Shown in pieces: positions 14,156 through 25,945 of a DNA stretch of 64,000 nucleotides (position 1 is the first letter of the stretch; every line of letters begins with the position of its first letter). The stretch covers positions 48,856,001 through 48,920,000 of the forward strand of contig OZ296650.1 in NCBI GenBank assembly GCA_965655095.1, written 5' to 3'. The notes below the pieces were generated by a model that saw only the letters and a program-made list of their open reading frames with translations, ran no database searches and had not been told where the DNA came from. The stretch comes from Haplodiscus bocki. Its lineage: Eukaryota. Made by a program: the position numbers and the translations under genes.

Positions 14156-15386
14156 TGTTGGCGCCAGAGACATGAAAACTGACAAAACTTGAAACTTTTT
14201 CACAACCAGAAATTTTATGTCTAGTTTAATTTGGACCCTAAACAGGCTTCCTTAAAAGCTTCATGCATGCTGCATTCAACGAGCTATTTCATAGTACTTT
14301 TTGCCCCTTAAATTCACTTAGAACATTGGAAATTCTCCCTAACCTGACTTGACCTTTAAAAGTGTTATTTCTCAAGGTCAAATTGTCCTATCGCGCTGAA
14401 AAATATGTACCGCACTTTTTTCTATTTATTGAAGCTAATGAGTTACTTTAATCCCGAAGCCAGAACAAAAAATTTTAAAATTTCACTGGATGGCGTACCC
14501 TTCGGCAATCAGCTAATTTTGTGTTTTTGATGGATTTTATCATCGTTTTCCATCTCTTCAGTGCATTAAACAATCAATAACTTCTAATTTACTCCGATGA
14601 TGTTTGAAAGTATTATGATATTTGTCATACCGACCCATTTGACCTGTATTTGATACTGTACATTGAAAGAATTCTTGGTTTCATGACATTTATTTCGCAG
14701 TTGGTGTTTATGGCGTGATTTTCTGTTTCCTGTGCCTTGTGACCCTCTCAAGCCATCATTCACGCCGCACCTACATAGATCAAGTGCTTTGGCATTCCAT
14801 GTGCCCGGTCGTATGCCACATACGCCCTTTTGACATTTAGTGAAATGATTTTAACGAATATTTTCAATCGTTACTTAGATTTAACAAAATTTTGACCATT
14901 TTATAAATATCTTGACTATTATCACCATGTGAGGTATTTTCCCCCCACCTACATGACTTTGGCCGCCACGCAAAAAATTTGATCTTGGCCGCCACCAAAT
15001 CCACCTTTTATTCACGCTCTATCATCTATTTTCATTGTTTGCTATGTAAAGAATCTGTTCTAATACTTGGTTAGACCGATTTTGAACAACGCCAGTAAGC
15101 GGTAATCATTAACTTGCAATTAAATCATTTAATTCTTCATAGTCGAGCGCCAAAGACAGATTTCAGTCAAATTGGGACTAATATCACCAAGATTGTCGAG
15201 TTCGAAGAAGATTTGACGATAGAAATTCTCAAAATTAGGAAATAGCTATCTAGTGGAGCTATTTCGCATCAGTAAAAGATACAGTCCTTCCAAAAATTAG
15301 AATCCTGCTTTATTAGTGGTAAGCAGGACGGACCAAGGACCTGCATAAGCTTGAATCAATTGTTGGGATTGGAGTAAACCGTTACA
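14156..15386 (+). repeat. 5' LTR of the BEL/Pao element (1231 bp)
   Basis: TGTTGGCGCC...CCGTTACA, direct repeat of 21681-22929. Confidence 0.96.
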
Positions 15387-15388
15387 TT

Positions 15389-15406
15389 TGGTCCGCCGAC
15401 CCGGAC
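15389..15406 (+). promoter_or_regulatory. Primer-binding site of the BEL/Pao element (resembles the tRNA-Tyr type, with mismatches)
   Basis: TGGTCCGCCGACCCGGAC lies 2 nt after the 5' LTR. Compare TGGTCCTTCGAGCCGGA, the complement of the tRNA-Tyr 3' end. Confidence 0.7.
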
Positions 15407-15651
15407 ACATTTGAAGAATCAGGAAATTGGATACTGTGGTAGTTTGGACGTTTGCGTCTGCCCATATTCTCTATTTGCTTTCCAGTTGTGGTAGTTTTGA
15501 CGTTTGCGTCTGCCACATATCCTCAACACTCGTTGAACTGGGCGAACTATGACAACTGCGAAGATGGCTACTCCAGTGGCTACCGAGGACTTTTCTTGGT
15601 AGACGGACAAAAACGTGTCGAAGACTTGAGAAAATCCAGTGACTCGCTCAA

Positions 15652-18600
15652 ATGGAAACCCCACGAAGAAACTGTGAAAGAAGCTACAATTGCTATTAAT
15701 AGATCCCTTTCTGACGAAGAGTCTAGTAAAATGTTCGAACAACCAGTGGGTAAAAAGTTCACAGCGATGGGCATGCTCTTTGAAGAATTTTGCTGCCTGG
15801 AAGCGAGAATGAAAGAGCTCCAAAAGTCAGAAAATGGGATGTTGAAGCCAAAAGTAGTAGATGAACACAAGGTTGGCATTCATGCTCTCAGCAAGCCTTA
15901 AGAAAAATCTTTGAACGTATGACCAGCTCTCATTAGCAATTGAAATGGGTTTCAGTCACTATCCTTGAATTACAAAACAAAGCTAACTGTGCGCCCTATT
16001 GTCGCCTAGAGGATAAAAAGTATCAGCAAAAAGAAGTTCTCGAACAATTGAGTGGGAAGATTGAGACCTTAATTGAGAAGAAAGACCAATATTCAAAAAT
16101 TAGGCCCCTGGTACAACGTAACAATCAGGGGCTGGACGCATTGCATAAAATTACCGATCAAAATGCAAGTTTTTTATTGCAATTGCCTAAAAAGTCTTTA
16201 TGAAAAGGCACAGAAACGCAAATGCAAGGGTTGCGTGCAGTTAACCAATGGACAAGAGACAAAAGAGAAACCATCGACAAGATATCTTGAGACACAAGCG
16301 ATTCTCTCGAATGAGGCATTATAACAAACTAAAGTCAGTGTAACCAAAGAAAATCACGAAACTTCGTTGATGGTGAATAGCCATGAGAGCACCGAACAAG
16401 CACCGATTGCCGTTGAAGACAACACTGACTATACAAATCAGCAAGAAGCTCAGACGAGAGATTCTGGGAATCCGGATGCTACCCGTGTGAGCGTCGTATC
16501 GCCTCAGAAACATGATCACCTGCCACATGTACCCGACAACATTCTAGGTTCATTGGGTAAAAAGCTGAGTTCAAATCCTCCGTCACGTTCTTCTAGAAAA
16601 CGAATGCAAATGGAGGCTCAATTATTGCAACATGAAGTCAAAGCAGAAGTTGAGAAAAAACAGATGGAGATAGAATTCAGACGCAAACAGAGGGAGCTGG
16701 AACTTCAACAGCAACGAAAAGAAATGGAACTCGCATCTCAAAGGGAAGAAATGGAGTTGGCCGAGATGAAACGACAACAGGCATTATCATTGAAGTTGAA
16801 GAAATTGGAACTTGCTGATCAGGCGTCTTCGAGAGGTAGTGTTTCTAGCGCTAGCGCGTCGGTTCGCTTTTGGCATGGGAAAACGGATTCTTGGGTGAAT
16901 TCAAAAGAAAACAACTTTGACTCTCACCTGGAAGACGCACTAGATGACAAGCCAGCTGTCTATGACTACAATGAACCACCCTGCTCCTCGAAGCAAGCAG
17001 ATGCTAGGATGAAAGGTCTGGAAACACCAAATCCTAGTGCACGATCTATTGCTGTGAAACCCAAGAGCTCACTCAAATTTGATGCAAATGTGTTTGTACC
17101 CAGTAGTGCTTATGCTGGGGCGGTGAAGCCAGTAGTGCCAACGCCAGTACCTTCCTCAGCCTTACCCTTGACTTCAACGCCAGCATTTCCGACCGCTGTA
17201 GCAGTTTCTATCAAGTTGCCCAAATTAGTGTTGGATAAATTTGATGGAGATCCATTGGAATGGCTTGAATGGGCGGAGCAATTTCTGGCAACATTCGATG
17301 AATCTGGATTATCAGACAGCAACAAAATGGAATATTTGAAATTGTATTTGAAATTGGCAAAGCGAAAGCAGCCATTGGAGGCATGGGAATTTCCGGTCAG
17401 ATGAATCACGTAGCTTGGCAAACTTTGGAGCATGATTTTGAAGACCTGAGTTAGTTGTGAATGCACAACTGAGAAAGATTGATGCCTGTCCCTTCATTAA
17501 ATCTCAAGATTCATTGGAGATTGTGAGATATTCACATATTGTCTCTGCTTGTGTGGTCGTGCTCAATCAATATGGGTATGAGAGTGACATTAATTCAGAG
17601 TCTGTGTTGAGTAGTGCCGTGAGGAAAATACTGCGCGAACTACAAAACATGTGGATGACTTATGTACTGAATCACGAATCGATAGACAAAAACCTGAGAA
17701 GGTTCAGCGCATGGCTGAAGAAACTCGCGAGAGTGGAAGATAACATCCACTGCCAAAATAGTTCCAACTTTCTCCTGCATAGCGAGGACAAGAAACCCAT
17801 CAATCGAAATGAGAGCAACGGCAAAAGTGAGACTGCTAACAATGCGGATGCAGTGCTCACAGCTAATTCGTGTAGTGCGAGTTTGCAGATTGTTCCCATA
17901 ACCTTGTCCAGTGGAAATGGCTATTTGTGATACCGGATGTACACTCTCATTTGTGGACAAGAATCTCAGGGATCAGTTGGATGTCCCAGGGAGCTCAATT
18001 ACACTCAACATTGCTCGAATTAATGGAACGAAAAAAATGGCCAGCGAGAAAGTGAGAATTAAACTCACAACCCCAAATGTGTCGGAATCAGTGATGTTCC
18101 ACGTTCACCCCTCAATGTACCTTGGAAATAAATCCTACGACTACAATGACTTGAACAGAAAGTATAGCCATTTAGACGTCTTGCCGGATGACAATATGGA
18201 TCTGAAGCAAGTGAAAGTGGTTCTGGGACAAGACAATTACCACTTGCTTTTCCCTGTTGAATACAGGAAAGGCAAAAGACATGAACCCTGGGCTGTAAAG
18301 ACAAAACTTGGGTGGACATTGAGTGGACCATAGCCGAAACACGAGGTGGCGCAAGTAGCAGCGACAAGTCATGTTGCTGCTCAGGACGATGGACTGGGTG
18401 CACAGATCAAGAACTGGTTCAGCATGGAGTCCTACGCTACAAGAGTGAATGCCAGTGGACGTTCAAGAGAAGACAAAAGAGCTTTTGAGCAACTGGAGAA
18501 GGCAACAAAGCTGGTTAATGGCCGCTATGTGAAGTTAGACTACCCTGGGCGGAAGACAATGCGATGATTCAAAACAATTAGTTCTCGGCGCATTCGCAGT

Positions 18601-21600
18601 TTTGTTCGTTGGAACGACGATTAGAGAAAGATGAGTCTCTCAAGCAACGATACGAAGAGACAATCATTGTGGACTTGCGGAATGGCCATGTTCGGAAACT
18701 AGATGAAAGCGAGCTTGATGAAATCAAAGATGAAAGACAGTGGTATGTTCCGCATCATCCACGCATCATCCAGTGATCAACCCGCACAAGCCCGAGAAGG
18801 TCAGGCGTGTGCAACGCAGCATCCAAATACAAAGGAGAGTCGCTGAATGACAAGCCCTTGACGGGACTTGATTTGTTGCAAAACCTAGTGGGTATCATTT
18901 CCAGATTGAGAGGTTCAAATTCCGTTGACAGCGGACATAGAAGCCATATTTTTGCAAGTGAAAGTGCCGCCGCAGGAGTCTCGAGTGATACGATTCTTGT
19001 GGAGAAGCAAACCAGATGACAAGACTGGTGTTTATGAGTATAAGACACGTCATCGGTGCCAAAAGCAGCCCGACGTGTGCGAATGATGCACTCCTGCGAG
19101 CTGGTGTCGACAATCAAGTTCATCACCCAATAGCTTCAAAGGCTATCAAAGGAAACTTCTATATGGACGAATTTGCAATATCCGTGGCCAAAGTAGAAGA
19201 AGCAGTTCAAGTTTACAACGACGGGAGAGCAACTATTCAAAAGGGAGGGTTCAAGTTGCTAAAGTGGATTTGCAACAACAAAGTGGTCATGCGAAGTATT
19301 CCTGAAAACGATCGATCAGAGGCGAAAAGCAAAACCTTTGAGGCAGAGCCTCATACTTCGTCACTTCTGGGCATGCACTGGAATGTGGACAACGACACTC
19401 TGGAAGTTTGTCGTGGTGCTGACAAGGAAGTAACAAACAACAAGATCACACAACGAGCAGTGCTTTCGTTTTTTGCATCGGTGTTTGACCCGTTGGGACT
19501 CTTTGCACCTTTCACAATGAGAATGCGCATCCTACTGAAGACAATCGGGGCCAAACGTGGGCAACAGTGGGATAACAAAATTGAAGCAGACGACGAAAAA
19601 TTTTTGGAATGGATCCAAGAATTAGCAGAAATGAAAAACATGCTTCTGAAGAGACGCTACTTTGAACGAAGCTACAAGAAAAAATCTGCATGTTTTCTCA
19701 GATGCCTCTCTGGAATCAATGTGTATAGCGGCTTACCCTCGAGCAGAAGATGAAGATGGAGTGGAATTGTCATTTGTCATTGGGAAGTGCAGAATAGCGC
19801 CAATGAAGCAGCAGACAATTCCGAAGTTGGAACTGCAAGCAGCACTTTACTCGGTGAGACAGGCAATTGATCACAGAAGACCACGACAACAAGATCGAGA
19901 CAGTGACGCACTGGACAGACTCTATGACGGTTCTCCAATGGCTGCACTCAGCGGATAAAAGGCAGCAAGTGTTCATGGCCAAGAGAGTTGGAGAAATACT
20001 GGATCAATCCGCTGTAGACGAATGGCAACATGTGTCTTGGCACAATGAATCCCGCAGACATCGGTACCAGAGGGATCACTGTGTCACAGCTGCTTGAAAG
20101 TGAGTGGCTAAATGGGCCGGCCTGATTGCAGAAGGATCCAAGCACCTGACCAGAGCCAGCAAAATCAGTGGATGATGACGACATCGCTTTGACGACTAAT
20201 CCAACAGACAGCGTCATAGATTGGTCAAGGTTTAGTAAATACTAAAGAATGATCAACGTGGTTGTTTACTGTCTTAGATTTTAATCAAAGCAACGTGGCA
20301 TCGTGACTTCATTAGGAAGACAGAAGTCCGAGTTATTGCTCTTGAAGATGACTCAACGTGAAAGCTTTGTCGAATTGATTGCCAAAGTTGAAGACCACAG
20401 TGGAGAGAAAGTGAAGCATGACTTGGCAAAACTTTCCCCATTTGTTGACAATGACAACACAATACGGTTGAGAGGACGATTGGGCAGAGCAACAATCAGT
20501 GACGATGTGAAACATCCAATTCTACCCTCAGCGAAACATCCCGCAGTGGTTCTAATGTTGAGACATGCATGAAGATAACCACCATGAGGGAACAGAGTAC
20601 GTGAGAAGCCTGGTTCAACAACGATTTTGGGTTGTTGGACTACGAAATGCATTCCGCAGCATCAAATTCAAGTGTGTCAGATGCAGAAAGCTGGCGGTGC
20701 AACCAGTTCATCCTTACAAGGCGGACTTACCAAAAGAACGTGTAGAGGGTAATGTAAACCCTTTCAAGAATACTGGAGTAGACTATTTCGGCCCATTTGA
20801 AGTTACGGTTCTGCGTAAACCTGTCAAGCACTGCTGTTGTTTGTTTACATGTTTGGTCACTAGAGCAGTTCTCATAGAAGTGGTCAATGGCCTGGACACT
20901 GACGCATGCATGATGGCGGTCACAAGGTTCATGGCAAGACGTGGGAGACCGCACAGTCATCAGTGACAACGGGACAAACTTTGTTGGAGCTGCTCGAGAG
21001 TTCAAAGAGTGCTTCAAAGAGTGGGACCGAGACGCAATGTGTGAGCGACTGGCACGTGGCAAAATCATATGGAAGTTCAATCCTCCTGGAGCTCCGCACC
21101 TTGGTGGAATTTGGGAGAGGCTGGTGCGCAGTTGCAAGAAAGCCATGTTTGAGATTCTTGGAAATAGACGTCTGACATTGCCATTGCTGACGACAACAAT
21201 GTGATTGGTTGAGCAAACACTGAATGCCAGACCATTGACGCCTGTGAGTGACGATCCGGAAGATCTGGAGGCATTGACGCATAATCATTTTCTATTGGGG
21301 CGACCAGTGGTAGCAGCGCCCTTGATGCCTGACGCGGACAGATACGTGGACTGCCGCAAGATGTACAAAGTGGCTCAGGCATACAATCGGATGATCTGGA
21401 ACAGATTGGCGAAAGAGTATCTTCCAAAGTGAAACATTCGATCGAAATGGGCTACTGATGACGAAAGTGTTCTGAAAGTGGGAGAACTGGCATGGCTGAT
21501 GGATGAATCCGTTCGACGACAAGAGAACGAGATGGCTCGAGCGACTGAGGTGTTCCCTGGAGCTGATGGTGTCATCCGATCAGCATTAATCAGAACTGCA

Positions 21601-21680
21601 GATGGGGTTCTTCGAAGACCTGCATTAAAGCTGGCGCCTGTGTTCTATGAGTGTTTTCGAGATGAAAAGAGGGCCGGCGA
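15652..21680 (+). pseudogene. BEL/Pao gag-pol polyprotein, many stops and frameshifts
   Basis: Gag KLPKLVLDKFDGDPLEW (DUF1759-like). Protease CDTG near 17926 and KTKLGWTLSGP. RT GAKSSPTCA and FYMDE. RNase H LHVFSDAS, TIPKLELQAA, WTDS, NPAD. Integrase HH-CC, GVDYFGP, SDNGTNF, GGIWERLV. Confidence 0.95.
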
Positions 21681-22929
21681 TGTTGGCGCCAGAGACACGA
21701 AAACTGACAAAACTTGGAACTTTTTCACAGTCAGAAAATTTATGTATAGTTTAATTTGGACCCTTAACAGGCTTCCTCAAGAGCTTCATGCATGCTGAAT
21801 TCAACGAGCTATTTATAGAACTTTTTGCCCCTTAAATTCACTTAGAACATTGGAAATTCTCCCTGAACCTGACTTGACCTTTAAAAGTGTTATTTCTCAA
21901 GGTCAAATTGTCCTATCGCGCTGAAAAATATGTACCGCACTTTTTTCTATTTATTGAAGCTAATGAGTTACTTTAATCCCGAAGCCAGAACAAAAAATTT
22001 TAAAATTTCACTGGATGGCGTACCCTTCGGCAATCAGCTAATTTTGTGTTTTTGATGGATTTTATCATCGTTTTCCATCTCTTCAGTGCATTAAACAATC
22101 AATAACTTCTAATTTACTCCACTGATGTTTGAAAGTATTATGATATTTGTCATAACGACCCATTTGACCTGTATTTGATACTTTACATTGAAAGAATTCT
22201 TGGTTTCATGACATTTGTTTCGCAAAGTTGGTTTTTATGGCGTGATTTTCTGTTTCCTGTGCCTTGTGACCCTCTCAAGCCATCATTCACGCCGCAGCTA
22301 CATAGATCAAGTACTTTGGCATTCAATGTGCCCGGTCGGATGCCACATACCCTCTTTTAACATTTAGTGTAATGATTTTAATGAATATTTTCAGTTGTTA
22401 CTTAGTGAGATTTAACTTAATTTTGACCATTTTATAAATATCTTGATTATTATTACCATGTGAGGTATTTTCCCCCAGCTACATGACTTTGGCCGCTACG
22501 CAAAAAATTTGATCTTGGCCGCCACCAAATCCACCTTTTATTCACGCTTTATTATCTATTTCCATTATTTCGATAGTTAATTTGCTATGTAAACAATGTG
22601 TTCTAATACTTAGTTAGACCGATTTGAGCAACGCTAGTCAGCAGTTGATCATTAACTTGCGATTAAATCTTTCAACTCTTCATAGTCGACCGCCAAAGAC
22701 AGATTTCAGTCAAGTTGGGACTAAAATCACCAAGATTGTCCAGTTCGAAGACGATTTAAAGAGAGAAATTCTCAAAGTTAGGAAATAGCTATCTAGTGTA
22801 GCTATTTCGCATCAGTAAAAGATACAGTCCTTTCAAAAATTAGAATCCTGCTTGATTAGTGGTAAGCAGGACGGACCAAGGACCGACATAAGCTTGAATC
22901 AATTGTTGGGATTGGAGTCAGCCGTTACA
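21681..22929 (+). repeat. 3' LTR of the BEL/Pao element (1249 bp)
   Basis: TGTTGGCGCC...CCGTTACA, preceded by the purine-rich tract gaaaagagggccggcga (21664-21680). Confidence 0.96.
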
Positions 22930-23204
22930 CTCTCCCTTCTTCGAGCAGTTACCAAAAGTTCTGTTAATTAATCAGTAAGTATCAGCAAACGAGTGCTCAT
23001 GAAAAACTAAATTGTTGTTTCTTTGATACGGTCTGTGAAGTTATTGTTTTGAAGTGCTTCCTCCAGGCTTCCCCCCTTTGTCACTTCTCTCTAGCTTCGT
23101 TGAACACGTCGCAGAAGTGAAAAGTGGTCTAGGGTGTTTTCGTTTTCTTTCTGCATGAGAATCTTGGTGATGCAACTTCACATCATTTATTGAGGATAGG
23201 CTAT

Positions 23205-23740
23205 TTTCGGAACACCTGCGCTAACGGAAAACTAGTGATCAAATCGAACAACTATAACTGATTCTTAAAGTACCCATGGTAGTAGAAACTGGTTATTCAA
23301 CTAAACAGAAAAATCACTAACATAGTTCTGTTTCATCAATTCAGAGACACGTGTAACAAGTACGAACGACTATTTGATTTAATTCGGCATATTTTTAACA
23401 CAGGGACGAAGCTGTGCCTCGCAACACTTCTGCCATCCGAATACTAGTGAACAAATCGACTAAATAAACCTGAGTTTTGAAGGGCCACGATACTACCAAT
23501 ACAACTGAACTGTACAGAGACTGTTTATTCTTGTACATTTACATACATATGAGAACCGCTATATTTGATTCATTTGGTATTTCAAATGAGAAAACTGATT
23601 TTCAAGCGGCAATGGCACAGCAAACAGAGCACGTGACTGGAGCGCGAACGATCCGCAGTTTGAGCCCAGGACACTCCTTCCTCCCTTTGGTCAAAATCTA
23701 GGAACTTGTGCGAGTTGTGAACGGGTCGGAAAAAAAGGAA
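23205..23740 (+). repeat. Dispersed repeat with a tRNA-like (SINE-like) segment, copy B
   Basis: Two tandem sub-units of about 210 bp (starting near 23211 and 23424), then A-box-like TGGCACAGCAAA (23613) and B-box-like GTTTGAGCC (23658). Confidence 0.6.
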
Positions 23741-23789
23741 TTGTCTGGTCTGTGATATAACACTTGCTTGCGCTAGTGTAACAAGAATC

Positions 23790-24600
23790 AATTCAGTTTA
23801 CACTACCCCGATATCATTTTTATAGTGTCGACTTCCCTCTTTTGTCAGCATCTAGTGTCTATTTTAACTTTGTTTTGAAGAGAAACTGGTGGCATTTCAC
23901 ATTGGTGCGTCCTGTGGCTGCCACAGTTTTCATATCATCATATTCCTGCTGTGTTCTATGTAAGACTGTGGCTATTATTTCTATGTTAAGGCTTCTGTGT
24001 GTCCTTAAATGAATTTCCAACCCAAAAAAATTGTGATGAGGTCACATTTGATTCTTAGGTTCTTGTCAGCGTTTTCAAGGATGAAGTCTGCCATGTAGCC
24101 AATAGTGCTCTGGATTTGTGATAAACTGTCACCATTTCTATTTGGATGTCTACTGTTTTTATCCCTGCCATGAGCTTCAAGATTTCATTTCAACATTCAT
24201 TTGTTTATAATTCGAAACCGCCAGTTTGTGACGCCATCAATGGGTCTGGAGACTTCCAGAAGAGATTCTGAAGCGGTTTGTGATTCAACTAAGAGTGTAG
24301 CGTCCTCTGCGTATTTGCACTGAGTATATGAAAAAAAAACACCTACTAGATCATTTATGAAGATAATAAAGAGTAATAGGTAAAGATTACTGCCTTGTGG
24401 CAGGCCGAGTTTGCAGCTAGTTGCGGGGACATCATATCATCGAATTCTATCTGGTTTATAAAAAAAATAGATAGTTACTAACCAATCTAGCTAGTTTACC
24501 AACAGCTCCTGATTTGATTAGTTTTATGGTCAATACGATCAGGTGCACGGTGCCAATGCCTTTTCGAGGTCAATATCACAAATGAAATCTTAGGAAATCT
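23790..24600 (-). mobile_element. Old non-LTR retrotransposon RT fragment
   Basis: Reverse-strand translation near 24300-24410 gives GLPQGSNLYLLLFIIFINDL...CKYAEDATL (PQGS and degenerate YADD motifs). Boundaries approximate. Confidence 0.8.
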
Positions 24601-24753
24601 GAGAAGCTTTTGATATTACTGTTTTCTTGTAAAAATCATTTCGCATTGAGCAAGTGAGCTTGAAACTTTTTTAAATTTTGTTCAGGTTACTCAATTAAAA
24701 TTAAACCTGTACTATAAGTCAACTACAAAAGTATAAATACGGTTTTTACTAAC

Positions 24754-24924
24754 CTTGGCAGGTCCATCTCTCATCTTACTCATTTGTTCCTTGTATTTTT
24801 TCAGCTCCGCGTCCATTTTGGCTATCTTTTTATCAATCGTCTCGGCCCTTCCATCAATGTTACTAATGCAGTCACTCAGATTAGGCGGTGGAGCCTTGTT
24901 ACTTTTGCCAAACATACGATTCAT
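24754..24924 (-). CDS. CHMP5: CHMP5/Vps60 (ESCRT-III) coding exon 1, 57 codons
   Basis: [57 protein letters not shown] matches the CHMP5 N-terminus (human [21 protein letters not shown]...MREGPAK). Phase-0 donor AAG|GTTAGT at 24753. Confidence 0.96.
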
Positions 24925-25945
24925 GGTTCACAAATCTGAAAGAGTTCAATTTTAGTTGTAAATTTTCAAATTCATACAAATTTAGCTAGTTCACATTTAA
25001 AATCAGCGTATTCGGACTTAGAAAAGTTTCTAGTGTACCGATGTGCAAGTTTGTTTGATGAATACAAATGATAGGCTCCGAACATTTGAGAGGTAAAATG
25101 TGATTTACCAGGTTATCATATTGGTAGGATATTATCAAACAATTTTATACAAAAGCAAAGCTGTGCTTCTTGAGCAAGTCCAAAAATATTAACATAAAGG
25201 CACACACGAAATTAAAAATTCAAGTTTTTTTCTTCAAAATAGAGTTTCCTTAAAATAGCTTACTTAGAACAAGGAATTTTCGACTTGAAAAGTACGCAAA
25301 CTTTAATATTGACCCTGGATTTTCAAATATTGGCGATTAAAGAAGCTTCGCATCGTTATCTCTTCACTCACCTAAACGCCACCATTTAGAATATCATTTA
25401 CCGCCTAAATAAAGCAATGGTGAAACTAAAGTCTCAAAAATATATATTATCTTTTCCCCAAAAATCAAGCTAGCTTTCAAGCAAACAAGCGAGAAGTTGC
25501 GAGCAGTTTGCTAATTTCGTGAAATTGATGAAGTTGTTTGCATTCGGCAAATGTAACCCCATTTCCGTGTTCATGACACTTGCTATCGCACAGCTGGCAA
25601 CAAAGTTACGATAAAATCTTAATCCAACCAACTCATGAAACTGCCATATTTTGTTTGAATAAGGTCGAATTAGTCCTAGACAAAATTACCACATTTGAAA
25701 CTTTTGGCAGGCTTTCTATTTGCAAGTAGTTACATTAAGAGGATTGCAATTGAATCAAAATTCTTCAGGAAGTTCATATTGAAAAAAATCAAATGATCAA
25801 AAAAGATTTAAACTTCGACATTTAACTTCAAAACCTTTCCAGATAACACTGGAAAAGTCACGAATCAGGTATTATTATTAGAGATTTACAGTCTTACACA
25901 TGATAAAACTGAAGGGTTTATCCAAACCAAACTAAAGATATCTGT

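Larger units (their letters stand above)
14156..22929 (+). mobile_element. Full-length, decayed BEL/Pao LTR retrotransposon (8.8 kb), antisense within the CHMP5 intron
   Basis: Two LTRs of about 1.24 kb with TGT...ACA ends. Imperfect 5-bp TSD ttctc/ctctc. PBS and PPT present. Domain order gag-PR-RT-RH-INT with BEL/Pao motifs. Confidence 0.97.
3190..24753 (-). other. CHMP5 intron, 21,564 bp, filled with transposable elements
   Basis: GT...AG boundaries joining GPAK|NAVKQK in phase 0. No CHMP5 sequence is missing between the two exons. Confidence 0.93.

Noticed and set aside
15419-21575. Many minus-strand ORFs over the BEL element (and likewise 33429-34025 over LINE B)
   Set aside because: Shadow frames antisense to recognisable TE coding sequence, with no independent motifs.
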